Below the pieces are notes generated by a model, which did not search any database, was not told the origin of the DNA, and saw only the letters and a program-made list of their open reading frames with translations. 64,000 bases of DNA from Candidatus Latescibacterota bacterium (lineage in GTDB: Bacteria; Latescibacterota; UBA2968), in NCBI GenBank assembly GCA_965207885.1, contig OZ242311.1, forward strand, positions 448,001 through 512,000, read 5' to 3'. The number at the start of each line of letters is the position of its first letter. The stretch's first letter is position 1. The translations under genes were made by a program, and so were the position numbers. Below, one piece after another: positions 1 to 8,267 of this stretch.

Positions 1-905
1 TCAACGTTTTCTACCATGGCGAAGTAGAGAAATTGCTGATTCAGTGGTAGCTTGGCTACCAGAGCATAACAGGACTGATTCATCGCCATGTCAGTTTGGG
101 CAAGATTAATTTTGCCGACTGTTCCGCGTGCGGTGATGAAAACGGTATCTTTTGGATATAGCCTACTGCTACAATTACGCAGTCCTTCTTCCGTAAGCGT
201 TCGTTCTGTACTAAAAATGTATGCGTAATCCGTAGTATCCTTTGACGTGAAGAACGGAATCTCACCGTTCCAATAATCGGGCACACTCGTCTTAGGTGTC
301 CCTCCGCTCAGGACATCCATTACATCGAGAGCATTTTTCTTTTCCCACCCTTCCGGCACGCCATCTGTGATGGTGACGTGTTCATGGCCGGGGAAACGGA
401 GGTGGACGAACCACTTCTTGTAGAGTAGCTGCGCCGACTGTTCCAGCAATTGAATCCGCCGCCGGTTGTTTTCGATCAGGTCGTCGTAGGTGGAGACGAT
501 AGAGGCAATGCGGTCTTGTTGGCTGAAAGATGGGATAGATACCATAAGTCGCAAAGCATTGTTGCGGTTCAGCCCTGGAACAGCAGCATCTGTGTTCATT
601 TTTTGAAGCGGCAATGTCTTCAACAAGTAATAGGCGTATTGAAGCCTGATTCTCCCTTTAAGGACAACATAAAAGGTGGTATCAATTGGGAAGAAATCCT
701 CTTGGCTCCAATGAACAGCACCAATAGTGCCTTTTCTACCAATGATGACACCCGGCCCTTTAATTAGTGGCGTTTCATGAAAATCTACAACACCTGCTGA
801 TCCATACACAGGAAACCGGCCTTTTTTGCGTTGCCGCGCAGGGAGACCTTTACCGTATGCAAAGTCGATAAACTCACTCAATGGTTTTTTTCTCCCTTTA
901 CTCAT
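1..905 (-). CDS. hsdS: Type I restriction-modification specificity subunit (3' end runs off window)
   Basis: Not in the ORF track (no stop in window). Hand translation from ATG 905: MSKGRKKPLSEFIDFAYGKGL...IIGRKGTIG...AVPGLNRN...QDRIASIVSTYDDLIENNRRRIQLLEQSAQLLYKKWFVHLRFPGHE...GVPEGWEKK...ITARGTVG. This is the TRD-spacer-TRD layout of HsdS. Confidence 0.93.
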   Translation of the reverse strand, partial: MSKGRKKPLSEFIDFAYGKGLPARQRKKGRFPVYGSAGVVDFHETPLIKGPGVIIGRKGTIGAVHWSQEDFFPIDTTFYVVLKGRIRLQYAYYLLKTLPLQKMNTDAAVPGLNRNNALRLMVSIPSFSQQDRIASIVSTYDDLIENNRRRIQLLEQSAQLLYKKWFVHLRFPGHEHVTITDGVPEGWEKKNALDVMDVLSGGTPKTSVPDYWNGEIPFFTSKDTTDYAYIFSTERTLTEEGLRNCSSRLYPKDTVFITARGTVGKINLAQTDMAMNQSCYALVAKLPLNQQFLYFAMVENV

Positions 906-944
906 ATTCCCAATCCTCTAAAATTCTTCATTGTCTTCACACTT

Positions 945-998
945 CTACCCCAAGTGCTCAATTTCAACATTCCTCCAGTATTCCTGGAGGTACTCAGC
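945..998 (-). pseudogene. Orphan 3' end of a DUF488 gene (direct repeat of 1984-2037)
   Basis: 48/54 nt identical to 1984-2037; encodes AEYLQEYWRNVEIEHLG* versus AEDLREYWGNVEIEHLG*. Confidence 0.85.
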
Positions 999-1015
999 AA
1001 AGGGATTACAGGTTC

Positions 1016-1288
1016 TCACATCACATCCAATATCGCTTGCGGGTTTTTGTCTGCGACCATCAATAGTGTCCGAGCAGCACCTGATGGACGACGGCGGCCT
1101 TGCTCCCAATCTTGCAATGTGCGAACAGATACACCCATCAATTGGGCAAACTGAGTTTGAGAAAGACCCACTTTCGCTCTCGTTTGGGCAATGTCAGGTA
1201 CTGTGATGATACGACCGTGTTCGCCGCGCTTGATTTCCTGTAGGCCAGATAGAATCTCTTGACCAATATCTCTATTTTTTTCATTCAT
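1016..1288 (-). CDS. XRE-family HTH protein (HigA/NadS-like antitoxin)
   Basis: RAKVGLSQTQFAQLMGVSVRTLQDWEQGRRRPSGAARTLL is a typical HTH_3 antitoxin; start taken at ATG 1288. Confidence 0.88.
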   Translation of the reverse strand: MNEKNRDIGQEILSGLQEIKRGEHGRIITVPDIAQTRAKVGLSQTQFAQLMGVSVRTLQDWEQGRRRPSGAARTLLMVADKNPQAILDVM

Positions 1289-1439
1289 TTTCAATTGCTG
1301 CTAATGAAAGGGAGCTGGCTGCATATACTATGGGCATGCCTTTGTGATTCCAGCGTCCACCATATCGCCGTGCCCCTTCACCCGTAAAAGCTGAAGCTAT
1401 GCGATGTGCCTGTACAATTCGCCAGGCTGTCAGCATCAT
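1281..1439 (-). pseudogene. Truncated RES-domain toxin (N-terminal 52 aa only)
   Basis: Hand translation MMLTAWRIVQAHRIASAFTGEGARRYGGRWNHKGMPIVYAASSLSLAAIENE*; GEGA..YGGRWN..G..VY is the RES toxin N-terminus; ATGA overlap with the upstream antitoxin. Confidence 0.88.
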
Positions 1440-1930
1440 GAAAATACCCCGTACTCAATTCGTCCCAGAAGGTCTTCAACTTCTCGAGCACCTAATTCGG
1501 TATCTGCATAATCCAGTGGAGAAACGCTACCAAGAGCAGTTAATGGCGTTGCAAACCATTGACGGGCAACTTCCTGTCCTCCCAGAACCTCGACAGCCCG
1601 ATCATACAACAGACCAATACGCAGCAGTCGTTCCGATTCATCGATATGCAACCGTCCCTCTTTTTTTTGATGTGTCAGTGTATGTACCGCAATTTTAGTC
1701 ACAGAAGCCAGAGCTTGTTCAGAAATGCCCATAGCGTTTTTTAATGCGTCAAATGTCGCTACTGGTAATCCTTCTTTTATTGCTGCAATCATTTCAGATC
1801 GGTTTTCAAAACGCCACCCCGCCGATGTCGCATAAGTCGTGGTCTGTCCTTCTGCGATAAGTGAAGCACCATCTGCTGTTCGAAATCCTGTGGGTGTCCA
1901 CCTCCAGACTTTCAATTGTTGAGTTTTCAT
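1436..1930 (-). CDS. Xre/MbcA/ParS-type antitoxin (DUF2384) of a RES-Xre TA pair
   Basis: C-terminus ARQWFATPLTALGSVSPLDYADTELGAREVEDLLGRIEYGVFS; AGGAGG RBS before ATG 1930. Confidence 0.9.
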   Translation of the reverse strand: MKTQQLKVWRWTPTGFRTADGASLIAEGQTTTYATSAGWRFENRSEMIAAIKEGLPVATFDALKNAMGISEQALASVTKIAVHTLTHQKKEGRLHIDESERLLRIGLLYDRAVEVLGGQEVARQWFATPLTALGSVSPLDYADTELGAREVEDLLGRIEYGVFS

Positions 1931-1983
1931 GTATCCTCCTTTTTCCACGAGGCAATAATGCTGCCAGTGACTGCTTCTCCCTC

Positions 1984-2420
1984 CTACCCCAGATGCTCAA
2001 TTTCAACATTCCCCCAGTATTCCCGGAGGTCCTCGGCTACCAGACGTCTGTGGCAGTAATGGGGTTTGTCCTCGCTGCACAGCAGGCATGCATCTTCAAG
2101 GGTTTCTTGCTCAATCTCGTTTTCTATTTTCCGGGCGGCCATGAGATCGATAAAGTCGCGTTCATAAGTCTCCCAACTGCCGCGCTTTTTCTTGTAGGCG
2201 TCCAGTATGTCCTTTGTCGGTGCCAAGCTCGGCAGATGCGTGTAATCCATGCCGCAAATTTGTTTTAGAAAGTAGGCAAGGTCATTTTTTTCGCAAATCC
2301 CGACAACTGGGACACGTTATTGAGTCGCACATCAACGACCCGCTTGACGCCTGCTGTTTGCAAGTTGTCGAAGAACTGTTCTGCGCTCTTTTTGGTGAAG
2401 CCAATGGTGAAAATTTTCAT
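1984..2420 (-). pseudogene. DUF488 family protein, frameshifted in an A7 tract
   Basis: MKIFTIGFTKKSAEQFF...DVRLNNVSQLSGFAKK, then the frame breaks at T7 (2285-2291 on +). One extra A restores NDLAYFLKQICGMDYTH...LLCSEDKPHYCHRRLVAE. Span 437 nt (3n+2). Confidence 0.85.
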
Positions 2421-3013
2421 TGTGTAGCCTCCGCATCAACATACGCAATGCGCTGTTCCTGTGCCGCGTATGCCCGGTCTTCCAATTCATCAGGGGTGAG
2501 AAATAGATCCTGTGCTGGCAATCGCAGTTGCTCAGACAGGCGTTTCATCGCCTCGTCGTGTGGCTCCAGTGATCCATCCTCAAGAATGTGTGTGACATTC
2601 AGGCCGCTTGCCACCAATTCGCGAGCGACGAGAATTGTCCGGTGACAGTCCAGAGGGTCCTTCTCTGCACACATCAAGGCAATGCGTCTGTGTCTGCTCC
2701 CATCTCGGACGCGCTTTATTCCGGATTGAAACAGTGGGGTTTCGGCGAGCGCGCGATACTGCACCCGGCCGTTTTCGTAACATTGTGGATCGTCACTGCG
2801 TGCGCCGAGTTCCTTCCCGAGAAAAACATAGGCAATACCCCGGGCTTTCAGGGCTTCTACCAGATTTTCTCGATTGAATTGCGGTTGCCAACGGCTATAT
2901 GGAACCGACCGTACGTCTGCAACAGCATCCACGCCATGTTGTTTCAGGAGGGAGACGAAATCCTCAAACTCATGCGTCGAGTGTCCCACGGTGAATATTC
3001 TCGTTTTTGTCAT
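2417..3013 (-). CDS. DUF488 family protein
   Basis: IFTVGHST, DVRSVPYSR and LMCAEKDPLDCHR motifs. Confidence 0.92.
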   Translation of the reverse strand: MTKTRIFTVGHSTHEFEDFVSLLKQHGVDAVADVRSVPYSRWQPQFNRENLVEALKARGIAYVFLGKELGARSDDPQCYENGRVQYRALAETPLFQSGIKRVRDGSRHRRIALMCAEKDPLDCHRTILVARELVASGLNVTHILEDGSLEPHDEAMKRLSEQLRLPAQDLFLTPDELEDRAYAAQEQRIAYVDAEATQ

Positions 3014-3386
3014 CGCGGTTGCCGACCTTATTGGTCCGAAGATTTCGTTGAAACACCATTATACAATAAATGTAGCGAATCATGCGAAATAGTGCCACCT
3101 TTGCACATCTATATTGGTACAGGTTTGGTGCGCGATTAGATGTGCGCGTTTGGCTGCTCGTACAAGTGCGAAAGCAAAAGATAACTCAATGCTGTTACAC
3201 AAGCAACATCGCGGCGAAAAAATGGGCAAGCAGTACATATCTTTCACATGACCGCCCATTCATCGCTCAAAATGTACAGAGATTGTTCTGCGCCAAACAC
3301 GCAATCCACAAATTCAGGTTGTGAACAAGGGGGCAATACAGCATATTGAAGGCATAATTTTTGAAATTATTATGAAGGAGGGTCTC

Positions 3387-3650
3387 ATGGATCTCATCCG
3401 CGAATCATCTCTTATCCAATACTTTAAGCGAGAAGGCAGAGAGGAAGGTTTTGAGCAAGGGGAAAGAAAAAGCACGATCGAAGATATCCTTGAAGTGTTG
3501 GAGATTCGCTTTGGTCTGAGCGAGACGCATCCCTTATCTGCTCGTATTTCGGCTATTGACAATGTGCAGCACCTTAAGCAGTTGCACCGTGCGGCGATAC
3601 AGGTGTCCAATCTCGATGACTTTGAGGGCATGTTAGATGCAACGGCGTGA
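3387..3650 (+). CDS. Stand-alone Rpn/DUF4351-like C-terminal domain protein
   Basis: IRESSLIQYFKREGREEGFEQGE...ILEVLEIRFG...LKQLHRAA resembles the C-terminus of Rpn/PD-(D/E)XK transposase-like proteins; GGAGG precedes ATG 3387 (track ORF starts at 3321). Confidence 0.6.
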   Translation: MDLIRESSLIQYFKREGREEGFEQGERKSTIEDILEVLEIRFGLSETHPLSARISAIDNVQHLKQLHRAAIQVSNLDDFEGMLDATA

Positions 3651-3668
3651 CGCGATTGCCCAATAAAC

Positions 3669-3863
3669 TCAAATGTCGTTGTACATCTCCGGGTCCGGGT
3701 CAATTTCCACGACTTTGCCGTCGCGCATGACCACAACTTTGGTGCCGGTCTGGTGCGCGATCAGGTGTGCGCGTTTGGCGGCTCGTATAAGCGCGGTAGG
3801 TGCCGCTTGCATGTCGGGATCGTCCAGTTTGGACACAGGGATTTGATGTTTTTCTTTTTTCAT
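3669..3863 (-). CDS. Small hypothetical protein, partner of the zeta-like ATPase
   Basis: 64 aa, start overlaps the upstream ATPase stop; ALIRAAKRAH...GTKVVVMRDGKVVEI. Confidence 0.75.
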   Translation of the reverse strand: MKKEKHQIPVSKLDDPDMQAAPTALIRAAKRAHLIAHQTGTKVVVMRDGKVVEIDPDPEMYNDI

Positions 3864-4384
3864 TTCTTGTTCTCTCCTTCCTCTTCCAAAACAAGCGTAT
3901 CGCCGCTATTGTTAAATTTTTGCCAATGGTTGACGCAATGGCGATAGATGTCGTAGAAATTTTTTAGACCGGCGTGAAAACGACGGCGTATAACGGCTTC
4001 TGGAACATCATGTCCGCCCTGGTTTACACGCGATTTTACGCGCGTGATCGCTTCTTCGGGCGTTGCAAGAGACAGAAATATGAGCTTTACTGTGTAACCA
4101 TCAGCGCGCCATTGACTGATTCTTCTCACATAGCCCCGGCCGGATAGCGTCGTTTCAATGGCGAAGTTCCTGCCTACACGGGCGTGGTTGTCAATTTCCT
4201 CCAGCATCAGCCGCCCGGCGCGGATGGCCGCGTCAGCAGGGCGAAAGGGAGATAGTCCCGCTGCTATCAGGTCGGCATTGACGAAAATAGGACAATCCGC
4301 TTCGTTGGGCAAATACTCCTGTCCAAAGGTTGTTTTGCCGGCTCCGTTTGGTCCCGCGATGATAATGATTTTCTTAGCCTTCAT
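3860..4384 (-). CDS. Zeta-toxin-like P-loop ATPase (AAA_33)
   Basis: AGPNGAGKTT Walker A; FVNADLIA, ETTLSG and RVNQGGHDVPE motifs. Confidence 0.9.
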   Translation of the reverse strand: MKAKKIIIIAGPNGAGKTTFGQEYLPNEADCPIFVNADLIAAGLSPFRPADAAIRAGRLMLEEIDNHARVGRNFAIETTLSGRGYVRRISQWRADGYTVKLIFLSLATPEEAITRVKSRVNQGGHDVPEAVIRRRFHAGLKNFYDIYRHCVNHWQKFNNSGDTLVLEEEGENKK

Positions 4385-4640
4385 GTATCTCCCCAGCGCC
4401 GTTTAGTTCCTGCTCAATCTCTTCAATGATCGGCAGCGATTCGACCAAATAATTTGTGCAAGTACCTCTTGCACAATTTGGCGATCGTCTCAGGCGACAG
4501 CACACTTCACACATTCGCGGCAGGGATGCCGTTCCAATGGCGGAAATTTCACCCTTTACCCTTCAAAGCATCGTCAGGATGGCGCATCAAACAGTGATAC
4601 CAGGGGAATTGTGCAACGGTGCGTTGCACAATTTGGCGGT
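4385..4640 (-). pseudogene. Fragments of YhcG/DUF1016-like gene(s) containing two palindromes
   Basis: Minus strand gives DRQIVQRTVAQFPWYH, DRQIVQEVLAQII and SLPIIEEIEQEL, which resemble DUF1016 N- and C-terminal motifs; no intact ORF. Confidence 0.6.
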
Positions 4641-4660
4641 CATCACATACGGTAGCACCT

Positions 4661-4691
4661 TTCACACTTCACACTTCCTACTTCCCACTTC
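4661..4691. repeat. Heptamer tandem repeat abutting the hsdM stop
   Basis: ttcacac ttcacac ttcctac ttcccac ttc. Confidence 0.85.
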
Positions 4692-6762
4692 AAATCAGTG
4701 CTTCAAAATTTCGCTTAATCGTCGCTGCCAATGATACGGCCTCGTCATTGAGTTCTTCTATTTCGTCGTGTATCTCGCGCAGGGTCTCGGCAAAGTCGAA
4801 ATTTTCGTCTTCTTCTTCGGGTGCAACGCCGACGTAGCGGCCGGGGGTCAGGCTCCAGTCATTGGCTTCGATTTCGGCGCGATCTACCAGTTTGACCAGT
4901 CCTTCTACGTCGCAGAGTTTCGCTTCGGGAAAACGCTCGGTGAGCCAGCGTGCCTGCTGGTAGAAGTAGTTTATCTGTTTGAGTTGTTCGATTGCGATCT
5001 TCCGTGCCTCATCTGCGGTTCTGCGGGCGCGAGTGATGTCGGTCCTGTTATTGATTGTGCTCGAGGTTTCGCAGATATCTGTTATGCGGATGGCGAGTTT
5101 GTAGAGGCTGTCTGTGCGTTCGGATAGGTCGCGACTAATTTCGATCAGAGAGGCGAATTCTGCCACCTGTTTGTTCGGGTCGGTGCTGGTATTGGGTGCG
5201 GTTTCTGTGATGGCGGTGCGGAACTGTTCAATAGCCTCGGGGAGTGATGTTCGCGCTTTGTCGTATTCGGCGAGGGTTTCGGCATGCTGTCCGTTTTTCA
5301 GCAGGGTTTTCAGGGATGGTGCGAACAGGTCGTGCAATTGGGTGAGTGCGTTGACGAAGTCGGGTAAAGGGTGGATGGTTTCGCCGTCTTTGATCACGAA
5401 GCACGCATGGCTTTCTTTCAAAATGCGTTGCAGGTAGTTGGATATCAGGTCGCGGAATCGCTCGGTTTCGTCGCGATAGAGGTGGATAATGGCGAGGATG
5501 TTTTGCTGTTGCTCGGGGCTGAAGTCGTATATTTTGCGCGTGACCTGGCGATAGATGTTGCGGGCGTCGATCATCAGTACTTTGTCGCGGTGGGCTTCGG
5601 GTTTGGCGCGGTTGAGAAACCACAATTCGCAGGGGACGGTGCGGGTGTAGAAAAAGTTGGAGCGAATGGCGATCATGGCTTCTACATCGCCGATTTCTAC
5701 CAGTTTTTGGCGCACTTCGGCTTCGCTGCTGCCAGCACTCGATGCTTGAGAGGACATGACAAAGCCTGCCCTGCCCGTTTCGTTCAGGTAGCTGTAGAAG
5801 TAGCTGATCCAGACGTAGTTGCCGCTGCTGACTTTGTTATTTTGATTGACACCGGGCAAGCCAAAGGGCAGGCGAGGGTCGGTTTTGACTTTGTCGGCGT
5901 CGATTTCATCGACATTGAAGGGTGGATTGGCCATTACGTAGTCGGCTTTGCCGAGCAATTCGTGCGGGTCTTCGTAGTAGGTGATGGCCTGACGGATGTC
6001 GCCTTCAAGGCCATGTACTGCGAGGTTCATCCTGGCAAGGCGGATGGTGGTGCCGTTTTTTTCTATGCCGCGGAAGGTGAGTTGTTCGGTGGGATGTTGC
6101 CCCTGTTCTTCGACCGTGCGCGCACTTTGCACGAACATGCCGCCAGACCCGCAGGCCGGGTCGAGTACTGTGCCGCTGTTGGGTTCGAGCACATGGGCGA
6201 TCAGGGAAACGAGTGAGACGGGGGTGAAGAATTCGCCGTCGTCGTGTGCTTTCTCGTCGGCGAATTGCGTGAGAAAGTATTCGTAGATGCGCCCGAAGAC
6301 ATCGCCAGAGACTTGTTTCAGTTCGTCGGGGTTGAGCGTGCGGAGGAGTTGGCCGAGTACGTCGTTGTCCAGTTCCTGGTATTCGCTTTTGGGTAATGCA
6401 CCCCGCAGGCTTTCGTAGTCATCCTCAATGGAGTCCATTGCTTCGATGACGGCTTTGATGCGGTCCTCGCTGTCGGGCAGGGCGACGAGGTAATCGAACT
6501 GCGCGTTGGGTCGGAGGTAGATGGCGTTTTTCTGGGAGAAGTCCTCTTTGGTGAGTGCTCGTTTTTTACCGCCGCGGGTGGGCAGGTTGGCTTCAATGTC
6601 GTCCTTTACAGATAGGTATCGGCTGTACGCATAGCGCAGGAATACCAGGCCCATGACCGGGAGAAAGTATTCGTTGCTGGCATAAGGGGAGTTGGCCCGC
6701 AGAGTATCGGCTGCTCCCCACAGGCGCCTTTCAATGGCTTCGATGTGTTCGAGTTGTGGCAA
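4690..6762 (-). CDS. hsdM: Type I restriction-modification N6-adenine methyltransferase subunit
   Basis: LWGAADTLRAN N-terminus, GEFFTP, DPACGSGG (motif I), NPPF (motif IV); TTG start. Confidence 0.95.
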   Translation of the reverse strand: MPQLEHIEAIERRLWGAADTLRANSPYASNEYFLPVMGLVFLRYAYSRYLSVKDDIEANLPTRGGKKRALTKEDFSQKNAIYLRPNAQFDYLVALPDSEDRIKAVIEAMDSIEDDYESLRGALPKSEYQELDNDVLGQLLRTLNPDELKQVSGDVFGRIYEYFLTQFADEKAHDDGEFFTPVSLVSLIAHVLEPNSGTVLDPACGSGGMFVQSARTVEEQGQHPTEQLTFRGIEKNGTTIRLARMNLAVHGLEGDIRQAITYYEDPHELLGKADYVMANPPFNVDEIDADKVKTDPRLPFGLPGVNQNNKVSSGNYVWISYFYSYLNETGRAGFVMSSQASSAGSSEAEVRQKLVEIGDVEAMIAIRSNFFYTRTVPCELWFLNRAKPEAHRDKVLMIDARNIYRQVTRKIYDFSPEQQQNILAIIHLYRDETERFRDLISNYLQRILKESHACFVIKDGETIHPLPDFVNALTQLHDLFAPSLKTLLKNGQHAETLAEYDKARTSLPEAIEQFRTAITETAPNTSTDPNKQVAEFASLIEISRDLSERTDSLYKLAIRITDICETSSTINNRTDITRARRTADEARKIAIEQLKQINYFYQQARWLTERFPEAKLCDVEGLVKLVDRAEIEANDWSLTPGRYVGVAPEEEDENFDFAETLREIHDEIEELNDEAVSLAATIKRNFEALI

Positions 6763-6899
6763 GGGTCATTTCCTTTTGTTTAAATTTTACTGTTTTCACA
6801 TCTTCTATTCACACTTCAGATATATGCTTGTTTCTCACACCGGTGGTGCGAGTTTTTCAGAAGATAAGGCATTGCAAAAGGCCATCAATCAAAACCATT

Positions 6900-7064
6900 G
6901 CACAGCGCGCGAGTCCGTTTCGCAGAGAACATCCTTATGGCATCCCGACTATGAAGGCTCTTGTAGGGCGTATTACCACAAGAACGATTTGCGCTGTGCC
7001 AGCCCCTCGGCGTTTGAGAGCGGCATTTTTTGCCTCCTTTTTTTTGCTGCTGAAAAAAAGGAGG
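6900..7064. other. Structured non-coding element (nested inverted repeats)
   Basis: gcacagcgc 6900-6908 pairs with gcgctgtgc 6991-6999; inner tcttgt(a)gg/ccacaaga; 12-bp stem cctcc-T7 / A7-ggagg at 7033-7064. Confidence 0.45.
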
Positions 7065-7145
7065 TCGCCGAAGGCAGAACAAAAAAAAAGATGGAATTAT
7101 CCAACACTTTCGACAAGCAACGCAGGTCTTCTTAAATCTTGACGC

Positions 7146-8129
7146 TTATTGCATTCCCCTTCCGCGTGTGGTGAGGCGATATTTCTGGTTTCTCGCGGTG
7201 GGTGCTTCAGGGCGTGTCATTTCCACGAGTCCTGCGGACAGTGCCGGGCGAATGTAGTTTTCGCGGAATGTGGGACGATGTGAGAGGCCCAGTTCTGCCA
7301 TGAGTTCGGCGGCGGTTTTTGGACCTGTTCGCAAGGCGGCGAGTAGCCGAGCTACTTGGTCGGTTACTTGGTCGGTTACTTGGTCGGTTCCCTGGAGTGC
7401 ATCCAGAATAATCTCCAGCATGAATGTAATGAATGGCGTGCTCTCGCCCTCTGATGAACTCTGTCTGATGGCTTTGTAATAGTCGCTTTGTCGGGCATGG
7501 ACCAGGCTTTCTACGGGGATGTGGGCGAACAGGGGTTTCCAGCGGGTCAGTATCAGGGTTTGCCAGAGTCGTCCCATCCGTCCGTTGCCATCTTCAAAGG
7601 GGTGAATGAACTCAAATTCGTAGTGGAAGACCGAACTGGCGATTAGTGGATGCTCATCGGTGCTACCCAGCCATGCCAGCAAGTTTGCCATGAGTTGCGG
7701 TACGCGTCCGGGAGGCGGGCCTATGTGATGGACTTCGCCTCCGCCCATAACGCCAATGTCTTTGTGACGATATTGTCCGGGCGCATCCAATAGACCGATC
7801 ATCAGGATTTCGTGAGCGCGCAACAGGTCGGCTTCGCTGGCGGGGTTCCACTGCTGGTATTGGTCGTAGGCTTTGATGGCGTTGCGGGCTTCCTGTATGT
7901 CTCTGAGTGGCGCAATAACGGGCTTGCCGTCGAGTATTGTGGAGACTTGTTCTTCGCTGAGGATATTGCCTTCAATGGCGAGAGATCCGCGAATCGTGAG
8001 GATGCGGTTGATTCGTCGCAGGCGCAAGTCCTGCGAGATGCCCGTCGCACGACCAATCGCTTCACCGATTTCTTCAATGCGAAAGAGAATGTCCGGCGTG
8101 ATTGTGTATGGTGGTTTTTCGATTTTCAT
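7146..8129 (-). CDS. Fic family protein with C-terminal HTH
   Basis: Canonical HPFEDGNGRMGR motif; SLAIEGN inhibitory-type motif; TDQV linker repeats. Confidence 0.93.
   Translation of the reverse strand: MKIEKPPYTITPDILFRIEEIGEAIGRATGISQDLRLRRINRILTIRGSLAIEGNILSEEQVSTILDGKPVIAPLRDIQEARNAIKAYDQYQQWNPASEADLLRAHEILMIGLLDAPGQYRHKDIGVMGGGEVHHIGPPPGRVPQLMANLLAWLGSTDEHPLIASSVFHYEFEFIHPFEDGNGRMGRLWQTLILTRWKPLFAHIPVESLVHARQSDYYKAIRQSSSEGESTPFITFMLEIILDALQGTDQVTDQVTDQVARLLAALRTGPKTAAELMAELGLSHRPTFRENYIRPALSAGLVEMTRPEAPTARNQKYRLTTRGRGMQ
7353..7388. repeat. 12-bp in-frame tandem repeat x3 in Fic gene
   Basis: tacttggtcggt x3, encoding TDQV x3. Confidence 0.9.
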
Positions 8130-8234
8130 TGTTTATATAGGGTGGTCGATATTGCACAGGAGGCATGTATCAATGTACTGAATCAGGCGAGATTGCGCCA
8201 CCCTTCATATTGTGATTTAGCGGTTAAAACCATG

Positions 8235-8267
8235 TGGATCGCGGCTCAACATCATGCCGCGATGACG
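8235..8267 (-). repeat. CGTC-type REP-like palindrome, copy 1
   Basis: Reverse complement cgtcatcgcggcatgatgttgagccgcgatcca is 31/33 identical to 60008-60040. Confidence 0.85.

Noticed and set aside
3082-3324. 80-aa ORF and gcacatcta/tagatgtgc dyad upstream of the Rpn-like gene
   Set aside because: No family signal and only a single 9-bp dyad; too weak to call.
7353-7388. TDQV x3 repeat as a novel phase-variation switch
   Set aside because: In-frame 12-bp linker repeats are common in this Fic subfamily and do not shift the frame.
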